This document shows positions 27,048 through 37,280 of a stretch of 43,626 bases of DNA, one piece after another. Each line of letters begins with the position of its first letter. Position 1 is the stretch's first letter. The notes beneath the pieces were generated by a model that made no database searches, was not told the origin of the DNA, and saw nothing but the letters and a program-made list of their open reading frames with translations. The stretch comes from a virus (taxonomy: Duplodnaviria; Caudoviricetes), in the IMG/VR virus record IMGVR_UViG_3300011422_000003, positions 1 through 43,626 of that record; one strand, given 5' to 3'. Both the position numbers and the translations under genes were made by a program.

Positions 27048-28088
27048 ATGCCAACACTCACAGGTAAAATCCTGCATTTTGGTTGGGGTACACCAACACC
27101 TGTGCAAATCAAGGCTACAATAACCACCATGACACAGATACCCTTTGATGGTTTAGTTATTGACCTTGATAAGAACATCGGACCTATCAACACCAGTACC
27201 AAGTTCAGTTGGCGTATGTGGGGACCAACTGTTATCCTTGAAAACGACTACACCCTTGCTATAGCTGCACTCCAAACAACACCGTTTGGTCGCTTCACTG
27301 ATAACTTTCTTCGAGTGAACGTCACACCGGGGGTGATAGACTGGTTTGATCCGCAGTTCACAAACGTCTGTACAAATGCACAACTTGCGGCAAGTATTGT
27401 GAAAAAATGTACCATGCGGGGTATCTTTTTTGACGTTGAAGCGTATCAAGGGAAGCTCTGGGAATATCCGGCACAAGCACTTGCAAGCTCAAAAAGCTTT
27501 GCTGAGTACCAAGCACAAGTAAGGCTCTGTGGAAAGCAATGGATGACAGCTCTTCGTACTGGTTACACTGACTGTAAGGTACTACTCGCCTACGGTTACT
27601 ACCTTGCACATAGACCACCTATACAAGGCGGCACACTTGCAACATCAAAGAATGGGCTGTTACCTTCTTTTATTGACGGTATGCTTGATGCGTTACCCTT
27701 AACGCTACAGTCAACGAACATCCTCTACGATGGGTGGGAGTCAGCGTATGGGTATAAGAGTGAACAAGAATTCATCACTGCATATGATATGATCTATCAA
27801 GCGAATACAACACGATGGTATGGGCCAGGGTGTCAGGTGAAGTTTCGTCAGAACTACCGTTGTGCATATGGCCTATGGATTGACTATCGGTCACAGACAA
27901 CATATGCACCATGGAATGAAACAGACTTCACCAAGAATTACTTCACACCATCAACCTTTGAGCAATCACTCCGTCTAGCACTTCGTTACACCGACCGCTA
28001 TGTATGGGTATATAATAACATTGACTGGTGGACAGGACATATACCACAGGCATATGTTGATACACTCACAGCAGCAAAGGTTATCTAA
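27048..28088 (+). CDS. Putative glycoside-hydrolase-like TIM-barrel protein
   Basis: FGWG, PFDGLV, DNFL, DWFD, GIFFDVEAY, DGWE.AY and YVWVY motifs; aromatic-rich alpha/beta pattern. Confidence 0.55.
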   Translation: MPTLTGKILHFGWGTPTPVQIKATITTMTQIPFDGLVIDLDKNIGPINTSTKFSWRMWGPTVILENDYTLAIAALQTTPFGRFTDNFLRVNVTPGVIDWFDPQFTNVCTNAQLAASIVKKCTMRGIFFDVEAYQGKLWEYPAQALASSKSFAEYQAQVRLCGKQWMTALRTGYTDCKVLLAYGYYLAHRPPIQGGTLATSKNGLLPSFIDGMLDALPLTLQSTNILYDGWESAYGYKSEQEFITAYDMIYQANTTRWYGPGCQVKFRQNYRCAYGLWIDYRSQTTYAPWNETDFTKNYFTPSTFEQSLRLALRYTDRYVWVYNNIDWWTGHIPQAYVDTLTAAKVI

Positions 28089-28426
28089 TGGCTTTCCTTG
28101 ACTTCCTTAATAGTGGTATAGGTGGAATGCAGCAAGCACAGGGGCCTAATATGAGTGGTGGTGCAGGGGTAGGTGCACCTCAGCCTATAGGGCCGACATA
28201 TGGACAATTGGGCAATGCTATTGTGCAGTATGGTTCAAAGCCAGGGAGCAGTGCACCTATGGTGAGTGGTGCATTGAATAGAGCGTATGGGCAAGCTTCG
28301 TTGCTACCACTTGATCCCAATGCGCCTGCTCAACAAAAGGCCCTGGCCGGTCAAGGAGGAGGGGAAGATAACGATACCCTTGCACAAGTAGCCAAGTACC
28401 TCATGGCTATTTTCGGTGGTGTATAA
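28088..28426 (+). CDS. Putative small ejection protein
   Basis: G/A/Q/P-rich, coupled to 28426. Confidence 0.55.
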   Translation: MAFLDFLNSGIGGMQQAQGPNMSGGAGVGAPQPIGPTYGQLGNAIVQYGSKPGSSAPMVSGALNRAYGQASLLPLDPNAPAQQKALAGQGGGEDNDTLAQVAKYLMAIFGGV

Positions 28427-30399
28427 TGGCTGAGCTGCGTTCTCTCTACGACACAGATATACAACAGAGACAACCTGATCTCTACACACCAAGAGAGAGT
28501 CCTCTTGCAACTATTGACCCTGACAACATAGCACAGAGCAAGCAGCAGCTTCCCACAAGCCCTATTGTTAGCGGTATCGAGGAGAGGTTAAAGGCTGAAG
28601 GTAGCAACACCTCTACTCTCTCCCACATTACTGCATGGCTTGGTGCTGCTAAGGGTGACTTTCGGGGTATACAAGCCATTGAGGACTCAAAGAGACGTAC
28701 TGCACTCGCTAAAAGCATGGTCCCTGAACTCACTAGGGTGAACAAACTCATCCAAACAGGTGAGTGGGAAAAGGCTTCTGAATACGTCAACGAACTTGCT
28801 GGTAGCTATGGCACACGTGCTGAGTACCTTGTCCCTTACTTCCAACAGATGCAAGCTGATATTAAGAAGAAACAAGAAGGGTGGCAGAACCTTAAAAGCC
28901 TTCACAACTTCCTCCAAGAATCGGGGGAGATGACAGAGGATAACATTAACTACCCTGTTTTCAAAGCACTCGGTAAAGCTATAGAGAACAGAGATTACCT
29001 CAGTGAAACAAACTTACAAGGTATAATGACACGATATGGTTCACCACACACCCAACTCATTGACGGTAGAGTAACACAGACTTCTTTACTCTCCGGTAAG
29101 ACAAAAACAGAAACTCTCCCCCAAGTATGGAAAGCAAGTGATCTTGACACCTACACAGGTATAAAAGCTGCTGCTGCAGGGGGTATGACTATCAAGGATA
29201 TGACAGATTTAATGAACGGTCGCACTGTGAAGAGGGAAGATGGTACTGTTGTTGAGCCAAACTCAAGAGAAGCGCAGCTCATTAAAGCACACTACGTGAG
29301 TTTACAGCCACAAGAAGCACGGTTGAAGATTATGCAAAGGGTTAATCTTGAACCCGCACTCTATGCACAGCTTCTCAATCAAGGTGTCTCACCTGAGAGC
29401 ATTGCTCTAGGTGAATATGGGAAGAGTGGTTCAACAATGCAAGAGGCTCTTACAGGACAGTCACAACGATTAGCACAACAAACCGCAGATGTCCAAAGAG
29501 CTGTAACCGAAAGCAATCCTGTTCAAGCCGCACAATCAGGGTTTGTCACCATTGGTATTGATCCTAAAGATGCTGCCACTTTCCTCAAACCGCAACAGCC
29601 TATGCCACTCGCTGAGGTGAAGAAGAGTGGGAAGAGAGTGGGTGTCTTTGATAAAGCTGTCTACGATAAACAAGTCGTCCCTGCTTTTAGTGGGATACAA
29701 ACCCTTGACACCATCCCTGAGATACTCAAGATAAACCCCATTGAGACAAAAGGTGACGTGCTTGAACAAGGTGTCAACCAAATGTTAAGCCGTTTCCTTG
29801 GCTACCCTGTTACAAAAAATGCTGAGATACGTCAAGAAGTACGCACCAGGTTAAACCGCGCTATCGAACAAGCTGAGAACATCATCGTCAGTATGAGCGG
29901 TGCAAGTGGACATGATGATAAAGACATTGCAACGTGGAAAGCATTTGCTACTGGTGACTTTAGAACTAATGCTGAAGTGTTAAAGGCTGTTGATGAGATA
30001 CGCAACAGACTTAACCAAGTGCTTGATAGGGCAGTGTCAACGACTATACCCAAGCCAAGTGAGAAGAAAGCAGCTAAAAGCCCTGTAAGTGCTATCGCAC
30101 CACTTATCCCCTCTGCTAAGGGGCAGGTGACAAGGCAACCATATAACAATGATGGCTCCATTTCTCTCCCCGAAGTTGACCCTGAGATTGCAAAGATGGT
30201 GATGGACCGTGCAATGAAGGGCGGTAAAGATAGGGGAGTAACAATACGAATCCCCGATAAGAGTAAAGGTGGAGCATCTACTATAGAAGAAACACCGACA
30301 CAGCCTGTGCCATTTCAACCTTCTACTCCTCCTATCCCCTCAGCACAGGATAGGGTAAAAATGGGGATTGAACAGAAAAGAATGCGGAGGATGAGATAA
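28426..30399 (+). CDS. Putative internal virion/ejection protein
   Basis: 657-aa helical protein in the ejection-gene position. Confidence 0.65.
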   Translation: MAELRSLYDTDIQQRQPDLYTPRESPLATIDPDNIAQSKQQLPTSPIVSGIEERLKAEGSNTSTLSHITAWLGAAKGDFRGIQAIEDSKRRTALAKSMVPELTRVNKLIQTGEWEKASEYVNELAGSYGTRAEYLVPYFQQMQADIKKKQEGWQNLKSLHNFLQESGEMTEDNINYPVFKALGKAIENRDYLSETNLQGIMTRYGSPHTQLIDGRVTQTSLLSGKTKTETLPQVWKASDLDTYTGIKAAAAGGMTIKDMTDLMNGRTVKREDGTVVEPNSREAQLIKAHYVSLQPQEARLKIMQRVNLEPALYAQLLNQGVSPESIALGEYGKSGSTMQEALTGQSQRLAQQTADVQRAVTESNPVQAAQSGFVTIGIDPKDAATFLKPQQPMPLAEVKKSGKRVGVFDKAVYDKQVVPAFSGIQTLDTIPEILKINPIETKGDVLEQGVNQMLSRFLGYPVTKNAEIRQEVRTRLNRAIEQAENIIVSMSGASGHDDKDIATWKAFATGDFRTNAEVLKAVDEIRNRLNQVLDRAVSTTIPKPSEKKAAKSPVSAIAPLIPSAKGQVTRQPYNNDGSISLPEVDPEIAKMVMDRAMKGGKDRGVTIRIPDKSKGGASTIEETPTQPVPFQPSTPPIPSAQDRVKMGIEQKRMRRMR

Positions 30400-31985
30400 T
30401 GGCAGAGCAACAAGAACCACAGGAAATGTATGTTGAAACCATTGATGCAGCGGGGAAGCCTATCACCCTTTTCTCAGCAACGGATAAGATAAGAACTGCG
30501 TCAGAGTTTGCTGATGCGCTTGATAGGTATGATAAAAAGGAAGCTACACCAGGCTTTCTTGTCCTGCCAGGGGGGAGCTTTCAAGAAAAAGCAAGGAGAG
30601 GTTTTGAGGAAGGCCCAGGAAGGTTTGCTAGAGAAACACTCCCTGCTGTCGGTGAAACCATCGGCGGCTTTGCTGCATTATCCCCCATTATGACGCTTCT
30701 ACAAAAGGCTGGTATCATCAGCCCTAAGACAGCAAATGCACCTGTACAAGTTGGTAGAGCAGCGGGGAAAGCTACAGGACAATTCATAGGTGAACAGTTC
30801 GACACCCCTACTGAAGCAGGTATGCTCGCCAGTACTGGTGCTGTTGCACCTTTTCTCCCTGTTACAACAAGTGCAGCAAACACCCTGCTCAAACTCCCCT
30901 TAATCGGTAACGCTCTCGCTACCGGTGCTGCTGGCCTTGCTGGTACAACTGCTATGCGTGCAGCAACAGGTGAAGAACTCAACCCCGCAAGGGCTGTAAA
31001 AGACTTCCTTATCCCCGCTGTCGCTGGTACAGCACAAGGGCTTGTTTCCCATTGGATCACAAAATACATCACTAACAAAAATGGCCCTGAGAGAGTAGCA
31101 AAGGGTATCATAGACACTTTCAAAACAAAACACCCTCAGATGAGTGCTTTTGACAACGTGTTAGACATTGCTACCTCTTCTGCTGATGATGTTGCTACGT
31201 TGACACAACAGATGAGTAAAGGATTAAGGGAAAACAGTCAAGACTACATCGACACTATAATCCCAGAACTACAGAGTATTGTACCTACACGTCTTACTGT
31301 TGGACAGCAGAATGAAATACGTGGTGAGTTAAGAGGCTTCATACGTCTACAAAATAAGCAATTAGATAACATTGATAATGCAAAGTTATATGAAGAAGTC
31401 GGAAAGGAGTTGACAGCGAAGACAGGGGAAATAGCAAGTAAAATGCGGGAGTACTTTCCTAAGGTGAAGAATATCAACCCCACTATCCTCCGTGCAGAGG
31501 GTGTATTAAACACCTTCAGGCAAGAGGCAAGTAAGTTTGACGAAGCAGCACTTGTGCTCCACTACCTCAGGGAGAGTGGTGCTGCTGAAGGGTTAGACTT
31601 CAACAAGTTTGCACAGCTTATTAGGGGGAAGTATCAAGAGAACCCAGGGAGTATGTTAGATCAAGTGAGTAGAATACTAACGCAAGGGGGAAGACCACTT
31701 ACAGCGTTGCCAAGGGTTGAAGCACCGCAAAGAGCACCACAAGGAGCAATGGAGAAGGCAGCAGATTACATGATGGGGAAGCTTGGCCCTATTGGTAAAG
31801 CTCTCACCTTAAGAGATACCCCGTCAGATATGCCCTGGCCTAAACCCGGTCAAAGAATTACAATCGCTCCAGGGAAAACAGTAACAGGTCGGGGTGGAAT
31901 ACCGCTACAACCTCTTGTCAACTTCGGTATTCAAGAAAGCGGTCAGCAAGCCCTACGATCCTTTGACAAGTCGAGAGCACAATGA
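30399..31985 (+). CDS. Putative internal virion/ejection protein
   Basis: G/A-rich hydrophobic segments typical of membrane-inserting ejection proteins. Confidence 0.65.
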   Translation: MAEQQEPQEMYVETIDAAGKPITLFSATDKIRTASEFADALDRYDKKEATPGFLVLPGGSFQEKARRGFEEGPGRFARETLPAVGETIGGFAALSPIMTLLQKAGIISPKTANAPVQVGRAAGKATGQFIGEQFDTPTEAGMLASTGAVAPFLPVTTSAANTLLKLPLIGNALATGAAGLAGTTAMRAATGEELNPARAVKDFLIPAVAGTAQGLVSHWITKYITNKNGPERVAKGIIDTFKTKHPQMSAFDNVLDIATSSADDVATLTQQMSKGLRENSQDYIDTIIPELQSIVPTRLTVGQQNEIRGELRGFIRLQNKQLDNIDNAKLYEEVGKELTAKTGEIASKMREYFPKVKNINPTILRAEGVLNTFRQEASKFDEAALVLHYLRESGAAEGLDFNKFAQLIRGKYQENPGSMLDQVSRILTQGGRPLTALPRVEAPQRAPQGAMEKAADYMMGKLGPIGKALTLRDTPSDMPWPKPGQRITIAPGKTVTGRGGIPLQPLVNFGIQESGQQALRSFDKSRAQ

Positions 31986-32155
31986 TATTCTTCCTTATCT
32001 TTTCCCTTATTATAATAATCACAGCCTTCTCCGCAGCGGAAGGTGGTAAGCCTTTTATCATCCTCTTACTTACCCTTTCAACCTTTATCTTTATCCTTTA
32101 CCTCATAGGCACCTTTCACAGCCAAATACCAACTGTTAAAAACTATCACTACTGA
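31982..32155 (+). CDS. Small two-TM protein (57 aa)
   Basis: Hand translation MIFFLIFSLIIIITAFSAAEGGKPFIILLLTLSTFIFILYLIG...; ATGA overlap; fills the gap before 32163. Confidence 0.55.
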   Translation: MIFFLIFSLIIIITAFSAAEGGKPFIILLLTLSTFIFILYLIGTFHSQIPTVKNYHY

Positions 32156-32162
32156 GGCACCT

Positions 32163-33713
32163 ATGTCCCTTGTACGAGAGCAAGGCTCTGAGATTATCAC
32201 ACAATTCAACGTACCCATAAGAGGTACATGGAAGAACATAGCTGCACACACTGTACCTGTTGATGCACTGTATGATAGTCTCAATGTGTTTATAAGGGAG
32301 GGTAAGCTGCGTAACAGACCAGGGCTAGTCCTCTTTGATGACACTATTTTCCTTGAACCTGTCCTTGGCGGTAACATGGTTGTCACACCAGAGGAAAAGG
32401 TTGTCCTCGCTATCACAAGGAACAGAATATACCAACTCAGCGATGTCACGAATGAGTGGTCTACTCTAAACATAAATGAAACAGGTATAACCTTTGCCCC
32501 TAGTGATAACAGTGTTATTGATATGTGCTTTATGGAAACAAGTGGTGACTACGTTGCTATCATTGCACAGGGGAATAATGTACTGAAGAAATGGGTAGAT
32601 GCACCACGCACTGTGTCAACACTGATAGGGACGAATATACCGAGAGCGGTAAGTGTTTGTGTATCGGCCTCTCGCATTGTTGCACTCGTTGCACCGCATA
32701 CAGTAGTGTGGTCTAATGTACTTAACCCCGCAGTCTTTGATGCACTTGCTTATGCGAAGAGGGCGCAGAGTGGGGATAAAGGGATATGTGTACGTTCCTT
32801 GAGTGCACTCTCCTTTGTCCTTTATAAAGAAAGAAGCATACACACAGCAAGAGCGCAAGCGGGGTTAGATGAAGGTGCAGCATTCTCCTTCAGTGAACCG
32901 CTCTACGTTGATGGACCTGCAGGGGTATATGCAATCACAACAGTGAATGGTGCACATATCTACATGACACATAATGGAAGGGTAGCAACCTTTGATGGTT
33001 CAAGCTACCCTAAGTGGATAGCCGATGGTCTCTGGCTTTTCCTTCAAGATGACATCCAGCCAGGTCTTGCACACTTGATACGTGCTATCTACGACTACCG
33101 CCTTCACACGATCACCTTCTTTTACCCTAAGAAAGGGCATGGCCCAGGGTTAAAGGGAATGGTGCTCATCAACCTCCCCTTTGAGGGACAAGATATTGCT
33201 GAGGCATTGACCACAAGAGCCTTTCTTGGCCTCTGCAACAAAGGTATCAGCCATGCCAATGAGAAGCGGTGGGATAGCCAGGATACCGTCGATCGCTCCC
33301 TTCTCTACAACATCCCTGAAGACAGCCAAGATCGCTCAAATGCCTTCCTCTTCTCTGAGAGAGTAAGCACAGATGACGGTATGTCATACGCATGCTCCTT
33401 CCAAACTGGCCTCCAAGCCATGCCTGATGCAAGGCATACAAAAGTAACAGTAGAAACCTTTGTTGAACGCGGTCAACGCTATGGCTCTATGCTTATTGAA
33501 CCTGTTGTGAGTGACACACTTGAAACACCAAGCGGTACCGTCCCTGATGTCAGCGGACAGCATATCAACCTTGAGTATAACCCCATAAACGAATACATAG
33601 GCTTCAACACAATAGTTCGTTTCTTTGGCCTCCGCTACACATGGAGCAGTGATAACACCGTCCGTTATAGTGGTGCTGTCCTTTACTCGTCATCTAGTAA
33701 AAGGAAGCAGTAA
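32163..33713 (+). CDS. Tail nozzle/hub protein (P22 gp10/T7 gp12-like beta-propeller)
   Basis: N-terminal NV...GKLRNRPG, VVWSNV, LYKERSI and YDYR motifs; 516 aa. Confidence 0.75.
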   Translation: MSLVREQGSEIITQFNVPIRGTWKNIAAHTVPVDALYDSLNVFIREGKLRNRPGLVLFDDTIFLEPVLGGNMVVTPEEKVVLAITRNRIYQLSDVTNEWSTLNINETGITFAPSDNSVIDMCFMETSGDYVAIIAQGNNVLKKWVDAPRTVSTLIGTNIPRAVSVCVSASRIVALVAPHTVVWSNVLNPAVFDALAYAKRAQSGDKGICVRSLSALSFVLYKERSIHTARAQAGLDEGAAFSFSEPLYVDGPAGVYAITTVNGAHIYMTHNGRVATFDGSSYPKWIADGLWLFLQDDIQPGLAHLIRAIYDYRLHTITFFYPKKGHGPGLKGMVLINLPFEGQDIAEALTTRAFLGLCNKGISHANEKRWDSQDTVDRSLLYNIPEDSQDRSNAFLFSERVSTDDGMSYACSFQTGLQAMPDARHTKVTVETFVERGQRYGSMLIEPVVSDTLETPSGTVPDVSGQHINLEYNPINEYIGFNTIVRFFGLRYTWSSDNTVRYSGAVLYSSSSKRKQ

Positions 33714-33987
33714 TGCTTACATTTCTCTCTGAATATATACGTTTAGAATATTATAGACTATTAAACTTAGAGGAAAGAGGTATCTTTGAAAAGGGTACGG
33801 CAGATAAATTCTTATTAAGTATGCAAAGGAACCGATAATGCCCACACTCATAGGTCCACCAATGCAACCACCTAACCCCCCTCTCTTAACGGGTAGGATT
33901 GAAGATGATATAAAGATCATCATGGGTTATATCAATGACCTTGTATCATTCCTCTATGAATACCGCCCAACAGTAGAGGCACCTTAA
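33713..33987 (+). other. Two coupled mini-ORFs: 33713-33838 (41 aa, AT-rich) and 33838-33987 (49 aa, Pro-rich then helix)
   Basis: Hand translation; TAATG overlaps at both starts. Confidence 0.55.
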
Positions 33988-33988
33988 T

Positions 33989-34747
33989 ATGCCTAATCGT
34001 TATTGCCGTGATGAGTTGATAAATGTCATGATAGGTATGGTGCAGTTGTCTAATCTTGAAACGCATGATGCACCGCACGGTGTAGTACAACAACATGCCT
34101 TCAGCATTCAATGGCTTCAAGACATCCTTGACTTCTGGTTTCATATGGTCCCCTTTAGTGCAACAGTGAAGCATGTACCCTTAACCTGCACAGCTAATAA
34201 TGAAATACTCATTATGCCTGCTGATTTTATCCTTGACGTGAGGAATGGCTTGGAAGTACAAACCATACCAGGCGATGAGTACTCATACGATAGATCACGG
34301 AGAGCACCTCTACAAAAGTTTATCAATAGAAGGCTAGTCAATCAAAATGCACGTAATGTAAAATACCCCGAGTGGTATTGTGTTGTTGGGGATGATGGGG
34401 TGATAACGACGCAGTACCAAACTATGAAAGTTAGCCCTATCCCTACTATTGCAACACAGTGTATGCTGTGGTATTATAGCCTTCCACCGAGGATAGAAGC
34501 GAATCAGAAGCCAAAGTTCCCTAACGATCAAGTATGCTTAGATTACTTAAGACTGCGTGCGTTAGAGTGGGCAGGTATCTATGAGCCAGGGACAGCACAT
34601 AAGTACAGCATGAAAGTCGTTGCTGATATGAAGGCAGCAGGACTCATGAATGAGCCAGAGGATGATGAGATACCACTAGATGAACAAGTGCATCGTAGGG
34701 TAGGTCGAGGGGGTGGTAACAGAAATAACTGGATGGGGAGGCAGTAA
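33989..34747 (+). CDS. Head-tail adaptor (tail tubular A-like)
   Basis: MPADF, YPEWY and VSPIP...LWYYSLP motifs typical of podoviral adaptors. Confidence 0.75.
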   Translation: MPNRYCRDELINVMIGMVQLSNLETHDAPHGVVQQHAFSIQWLQDILDFWFHMVPFSATVKHVPLTCTANNEILIMPADFILDVRNGLEVQTIPGDEYSYDRSRRAPLQKFINRRLVNQNARNVKYPEWYCVVGDDGVITTQYQTMKVSPIPTIATQCMLWYYSLPPRIEANQKPKFPNDQVCLDYLRLRALEWAGIYEPGTAHKYSMKVVADMKAAGLMNEPEDDEIPLDEQVHRRVGRGGGNRNNWMGRQ

Positions 34748-34935
34748 TGAGGATGCAGGATGGATGTTATATACCTGTACATATAAAGAAAAGAAGTTGG
34801 TTATCATTTCAAATCAGACGACCAAAACTTATCTATAATCTCTACTTACAATTAAAGCAGTGTAACTTTACAAAGCAACCGAGCTTTATACAAATGCTCA
34901 AAGCACTGTGGTTATCTACACGATATATGGGGTAG
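34747..34935 (+). CDS. Small hypothetical protein
   Basis: TAATG coupling; AT-rich. Confidence 0.5.
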   Translation: MRMQDGCYIPVHIKKRSWLSFQIRRPKLIYNLYLQLKQCNFTKQPSFIQMLKALWLSTRYMG

Positions 34936-34938
34936 ACA

Positions 34939-35340
34939 ATGCCCACTACAGCAGTCCTTGATATCAACGTGTTTGATTTTGCCTTTGATGTTGTTGACAT
35001 CATACCGTCTCTCCTTAAAGTAGTGGTAGAGCGTGAATACAGAGCTATTGCTGCTGGACAAGCTGTTGAGACGGTTATCCACCTTATTGACAACATCACC
35101 ACTCCAGGTAGACAGTTCCCCTTTACCCCTACTGTCCCACCCACTATAGAAATATACAGTCCCACTGACACCGTTATCCTGGCTGCTACAGCTATGAGAC
35201 AAGTAGGGGATGGTATCTTCACCTACAGTCACCAGACAACAACAGGCTATGCTGTCGGCCCTTACAGTTCCATTTTCAGATGCACTAATGGTGATAAAAC
35301 AATGGTGACTAAAAAACACACAACCTTTGTTATCAAATAG
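34939..35340 (+). CDS. Putative Ig-like virion protein
   Basis: IYSP...M...GDGIFTY...G.Y pattern. Confidence 0.6.
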   Translation: MPTTAVLDINVFDFAFDVVDIIPSLLKVVVEREYRAIAAGQAVETVIHLIDNITTPGRQFPFTPTVPPTIEIYSPTDTVILAATAMRQVGDGIFTYSHQTTTGYAVGPYSSIFRCTNGDKTMVTKKHTTFVIK

Positions 35341-35349
35341 GAGTAAAGA

Positions 35350-35862
35350 ATGGCTGAGATAATCACACATTCATTTGTATCCGCAAAGACACAAAGCCCT
35401 GACACTACCCTTGTCAGTAAAAATGAATGGAATGATGGGCATGTCTTATCAGGGGGAGCAAATGGGCAGATTTTAGTATACGATAACACCCAAGATAATA
35501 ACATGAAATGGGTAGATGGAGCTAATTCCTACACAGGTGGAGCAAGTACAGGTGCAGTTGCTTCCCCGCTAAACACAGCAACACTCGTTACAATAATCGC
35601 GGCAAGTAATAGTATTGTTCAACTAAACCCTGACCTAGCCTGTACAACATCAGGTGGTGCAGTTTATACTTTAGACATCAAGTTGAATGGATCAACTATT
35701 CTAACCATTAGTAACATCGCATCAGGTGTACAGTTTACTTACCCTTACTCCTTCGCCATCACACCAGGTACATATACACTAAGTGCTACCTTGACAGCAT
35801 CAGCGGGTACATTCACATCAACAGCGATTAACTTCAGAGTTTTCACCATAGGTAAAATATAA
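35350..35862 (+). CDS. Short tail fibre/spike-like protein
   Basis: ITHSFVSAK...LV...WN..H N-terminus, NGQILVYD motif, T/S-rich beta C-domain. Confidence 0.65.
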   Translation: MAEIITHSFVSAKTQSPDTTLVSKNEWNDGHVLSGGANGQILVYDNTQDNNMKWVDGANSYTGGASTGAVASPLNTATLVTIIAASNSIVQLNPDLACTTSGGAVYTLDIKLNGSTILTISNIASGVQFTYPYSFAITPGTYTLSATLTASAGTFTSTAINFRVFTIGKI

Positions 35863-36173
35863 TGGCGATTCTTTTAACGAAAACATTACAAACTGTAATG
35901 TATAATCTTTACATTAAGACAGAGTTGAATATAGTTGAACAGGATAACAGGTTGTATTTAATACAGAACATATATCAAAGCAAAGGGCATTTTGATGATG
36001 ATTTTTTACCGATAATAAGGAGAAGGTTTAATACAGCAAATCCGAATATTATCCGTATAGTGAGGTCGTTGATGAGGGAGGATTTTCCCTCTGCTGTATT
36101 AGCGGTGGAGACATTCCTTGTACAAAACGTGGCGTATTATCAAGGGGGGAGTGTGGAGAATGGGATAACGTAG
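35862..36173 (+). CDS. Hypothetical protein (possible fibre chaperone)
   Basis: Coupled to 35350; its stop abuts the convergent polymerase stop. Confidence 0.6.
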   Translation: MAILLTKTLQTVMYNLYIKTELNIVEQDNRLYLIQNIYQSKGHFDDDFLPIIRRRFNTANPNIIRIVRSLMREDFPSAVLAVETFLVQNVAYYQGGSVENGIT

Positions 36174-37277
36174 TTATGCATATACTTTGATACCTGCAGT
36201 CATCACCAACGAGCGTCCTTCATAGGTAATAGGTCGCTCAATAAGTGATGATAGATGTTCTTTAAATTCTATAACCTGTTGTACTGGATCACTACCAAAG
36301 AAATCCCTCAATACTATTTTTTTAAATGCTAACTTATCGCCGTCATGGGCGTTGTGTAGTAGTCGAACGTAGTTACCGTATCGATCCTCAATAATATTCA
36401 ACGTCTCATTGTTATAGTCACTCACAGTACCGCTTATCATATGGCTGAAGCCTTCTCTGCCTGTTTCAGCACTACTGTCAAAGAAGATACGCCTAAAGCC
36501 ATAAAGAGATCGAGCAACTCTTTCCCTTCTGATTGAAGCCATAATTGCCAGCTTTCTCTTCCACGCACCCCCTTTAGATGCAATATACCGTTTGGCAAGA
36601 CGCTCAAGGTCTTTATAATCAACTCCATATTGTTCTACTCCGTTGATACGATGCACAAACTTATACGACTCAGTATACTTTGCACCATGATTAAAGTTCT
36701 TTGCTAAGACCCGTTGCTTTGTATCCTTTCCTTGCCAGTTATAACGAGTACGCCATTCACTATCCTCCGCTGAAGTGTGAGGGTTCTTGAGGTTAGATGG
36801 ATAGTCCATGTTAAAAATATTACAACAGGTAATTGTATGAAGGTCAAACCCTTCACTGTGAGCAGTGATAGCTTGCTCATCATTAACGATAAGATCATGT
36901 ATCTTCCCCTCTATGTTGTCATGGTCCCATGTTATGAGGATTTCATCATTGTCAGGGAGGAGAATATCACGGATTGACCAGCACTCATCTGTCCACTCAT
37001 GTTCACTACGAGGGCACTCTTGATTCACACACGCTCTAGGCCAGTTTGTTATCCACGTTGACCATCTCCCACTTGTCTGCGTTGGTAAGTGGTGGAGGTA
37101 GAGGCGTTTCACCCCTACCAGTTTATTAACCGTACCAGTTAACAGCTTACTGTCTTCACTGTATGCCAGCCTAAGCTGCGCCAGTTCTATCTGCTTAGAT
37201 GTACTCTTAGGGTTAGCAATAATCTTGCGGAGGGTATCCCTAGCAAGACTTTCCTCTACTGCTGCTTTATAAGGCAT
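36174..37277 (-). CDS. polA: Family A DNA polymerase, C-terminal (palm/fingers) subunit
   Basis: TSGRWST, motif A DHDNIEGK, DLHT, motif B RVLAKNFNHGAKY, SLYGFRR, motif C AHDG. Confidence 0.9.
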   Translation of the reverse strand: MPYKAAVEESLARDTLRKIIANPKSTSKQIELAQLRLAYSEDSKLLTGTVNKLVGVKRLYLHHLPTQTSGRWSTWITNWPRACVNQECPRSEHEWTDECWSIRDILLPDNDEILITWDHDNIEGKIHDLIVNDEQAITAHSEGFDLHTITCCNIFNMDYPSNLKNPHTSAEDSEWRTRYNWQGKDTKQRVLAKNFNHGAKYTESYKFVHRINGVEQYGVDYKDLERLAKRYIASKGGAWKRKLAIMASIRRERVARSLYGFRRIFFDSSAETGREGFSHMISGTVSDYNNETLNIIEDRYGNYVRLLHNAHDGDKLAFKKIVLRDFFGSDPVQQVIEFKEHLSSLIERPITYEGRSLVMTAGIKVYA

Positions 37278-37280
37278 CTC

